Below the pieces are notes generated by a model. That model was not told the origin of the DNA. It ran no database searches and worked only from the letters and a program-made list of their open reading frames with translations. Shown here in pieces: positions 61,879-64,000 of a DNA stretch of 64,000 nt. The position numbers were made by a program, and so were the translations under genes. Numbering within the stretch: position 1 is the first letter of the stretch; every line of letters starts with the position of its first letter. The stretch comes from an uncultured bacterium (lineage in GTDB: Bacteria > Verrucomicrobiota > Verrucomicrobiia > Limisphaerales > UBA8199), in contig CAVVMW010000014.1 of the NCBI GenBank assembly GCA_963749495.1, positions 320,001-384,000 of the forward strand. Reading direction: 5' to 3'.

Positions 61879-61961
61879 AAACCTGAATCAACCTTCCTTG
61901 CTTGCCCGGCCGCGGCCCGAGGCCGGCCTCAGTGCCGGCCTCGGGCCTCGGGCCGAAGCGA

Positions 61962-62276
61962 TTAAACTTTGATTTCTTTTATTTTCACCACCGTCAACTC
62001 CTGACGGTGCCCAATCGTCTTATGATAGCCTTTGCGGCGTTTCATCTTGAACGTGACCTTTTTGTCGCCGCGGATGTGCTCGAGCACGTCCGCCACGACC
62101 GTGGCGCTGGCCACCGTGGGCGAGCCCACGGCGACGTTGCCGTCGTTGTTGACCAGCAGGACGCGGTCAAAAACCACCGGCTCCCCAGCCTTGACGGCCA
62201 GGCGCTCCACCTCCAGGGTGTCACCCGCGGTCACTCGATACTGCTTGCTGCCTGTTTCTAAAATGCAATAGGTCAC
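61962..62276 (-). CDS. rplU: 50S ribosomal protein L21 with atypical first codons
   Basis: ETGSKQYRV..GD, FK.KRRKGYHK.IGHRQELT; begins GTG-ACC-TAT-TGC-ATT-TTA instead of the usual MYA(V/I). Confidence 0.95.
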   Translation of the reverse strand: MTYCILETGSKQYRVTAGDTLEVERLAVKAGEPVVFDRVLLVNNDGNVAVGSPTVASATVVADVLEHIRGDKKVTFKMKRRKGYHKTIGHRQELTVVKIKEIKV

Positions 62277-62301
62277 AATAAAAATCCCGTTCTTCGGGAG
62301 T

Positions 62302-63325
62302 GTGAAAAATACGAAAGAGACAGACAATTGCAACCAAAAAAACGTAAACGTTTACGCCTACTCTCGGTGGTCGAGCGACGCCCAACGGGACGGCGATTCA
62401 GACCGCCCTCAAGATGCCATGGCTCAGGCGTGGTGTCAAAGACGCGGGCTCGTTCTGACTGGCCGGGAAAAGGACGACGGGGTCAGCGCGTGGAATGGCC
62501 TGAATCGTGCGCCGGGCACTGGTCTCGACCGGCTCCTGAAAATCGTGAAGGCGGGCGACTATCTGCTCATCGAAGATTGCGACCGCCTGTCCAGGCAAGA
62601 CTGGCTCACGGCCATGAACTTCATCGCCGAAATCGTGGCCAAAGGCGTTATCGTCGTGACGCTCTCCAACGGGAACGAAATTGACGCCGAGAGGTTCCGC
62701 ACCGACCCCGGCTGCTTCCTGCCCGCCGTCCTGCGGGCGCACCTGGGGCACGATGAAAATGAAAAGAAGTCCAAGCGCATCAAAGAGTCCTGGGCCGCGA
62801 GGAAGGCGGGCATGGCCAAGGGCCAGGCCGCGAACTTCCACCTGCCCTGTTGGTTGGGCTGGGACGAGAAGAACGACAAGCCGGTCGTGGTCGAGAACAA
62901 TGCCAAAATCATCCGGGAGATGTTCCGGCTGGCGCACGCTGGGCTCGGCTGCCAGACCATAAGCCGCAGGCTCCGCCGCGAGGGCTGGAAGTTGATGGCC
63001 GACGACCGGCGCCTGGAAATCGGCACGAGTTACGTCTGGCGGACGCTTCGAAACAAACTCGTCATCGGCTGGAGCCCGTACGTGGACCCTCCAGTGCCGG
63101 GCGTTTACCCGGCTATCGTGGACGAGCAGACCTTTTACGCCGTTCAGGCGAAGATCGACCGGAACAAGAAACTGACGACCCCGCGCAAGAGCCTGGGCAC
63201 GAATCTGTTTACGGGCCTGCTGTACTGTTCCAAGTGCGGAGGCCGGCTGAGCCTTTTCAGCCAGTATCGGAACGCCAAAATTTACAGGTGCGTCGTGTGC
63301 AGCGACAGCCTGCACAAGAGCTGCA
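62302..63325 (+). CDS. Large serine recombinase (resolvase + recombinase + zinc-ribbon), C-terminally truncated
   Basis: YAYSRWSS (catalytic Ser), DDGVSA, IEDCDRLSR, E..KKSKRI..SW, YPAIVDEQTF..VQ, LFTGLLYCSKCGG..C..C; homology stops at ~63325. Confidence 0.88.
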
Positions 63326-64000
63326 TGTGCAATCGCTGGTGCCGCCGCTGGTGGAACCGCACGTCCACGCCCTGCTGGTCGCCGACGACATCCGCCTGGG
63401 CGCTCTCGACGACCTGCGCGAGCGCGTTGCCGCCTACCGCGCCTCGGTGTGCGAGCACTTCAAGCCCGAGAACCTGCCTGCCCGCATGTTTCGGGTCACC
63501 CGCCCCATTACCACCCGCACCTTCGAACTCAAGTCCGAGATCGACCTCGCCAACGTGCTCGGCTACATGATCAAGGTCGTCAACCTGCCGCAATGTTACC
63601 TGGCCGGATGGCCGCAAGCCGAAGCCAACGACCGCTCCGGCGTGCCGTGGCTCAACCAGGGCGTCGATGACATCGTTCGAGGCTTCGAGATGAACGTGGG
63701 GTATTCCCTTCTGGTGGGAACGGTTCGTGCCGCGAAGACGAGGCAAGCCCCGGGCCCGCCGTCCGTCGCGCCGCCAGTTCGGCTACATGGGCGCGATGCA
63801 CAACCGCCACAGGGCCTACGTCGGTGTCCCTTGCGACGACCGCGACACGTTGAGCCAAAGGCAGGTGATTGCTGCCATGCTCACGGACCAGACCGCCCAG
63901 AAGCTGATGGGCGCATGGCAGCCGGACTGGCTGGGCCAGTCGATTGAGGAGTTGGCCGGCCACGCGGAGGCTGGGGACAGCCCCGGTGCAAGCCAGGAGG
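63318..64000 (+). pseudogene. Fragment of HUH rolling-circle replication initiator (Rep)-like protein, 5' missing, frameshift ~63750, runs off window
   Basis: EPHVHALLV (HUH motif II, 63360-63368), LGYMIKV (YxxK motif III, 63564-63575), RRQFGYMG. Confidence 0.6.

Larger units (their letters stand above)
62255..64000. mobile_element. Putative integrated element at the 5' end of rplU
   Basis: Recombinase starts 25 bp from the rplU start; altered AT-rich rplU 5' codons; Rep-like cargo. Confidence 0.65.

Noticed and set aside
61914..61947. GC hairpin between rplU and rpmA as a regulatory RNA or prp remnant
   Set aside because: It is a single hairpin with no U-tract or recognisable motif, and L27 starts MAHKKG without a Prp-cleaved extension.

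Overview
High-GC bacterial chromosome segment, probably from a Verrucomicrobiota (Pedosphaera/Limisphaera-like) genome. That assignment is an inference from the L21 sequence, a C-terminal 'QFYR' secreted-protein domain, Tat-exported Gfo/Idh/MocA enzymes and the repeat types. It holds about 40 genes: a srfB / GrpE-like / srfA-like cluster at the left edge; sucAB, rmuC and hpnA; a glycan/fucose-utilisation region (AraC, tandem GH29, GH28, fucI, sialidase-like, MFS); an unusually built RNase P RNA; smc; a PiT/DUF47 pair; a Mo-oxidoreductase pair; and obgE-rpmA-rplU. At the right edge a large serine recombinase abuts a rplU gene whose 5' end looks replaced, and the recombinase is cut off by an HUH Rep-like fragment, suggesting an integrated element. 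Most of the larger intergenic gaps contain non-autonomous palindromic elements (about 10 families) or 7/9/12-mer arrays. These are often nested, several overlap stop codons, and one is inserted in frame in the SMC hinge. Many genes carry single-base frameshifts, often in homopolymer runs, best explained as consensus errors. All product calls come from motif recognition by eye; no database search was run.
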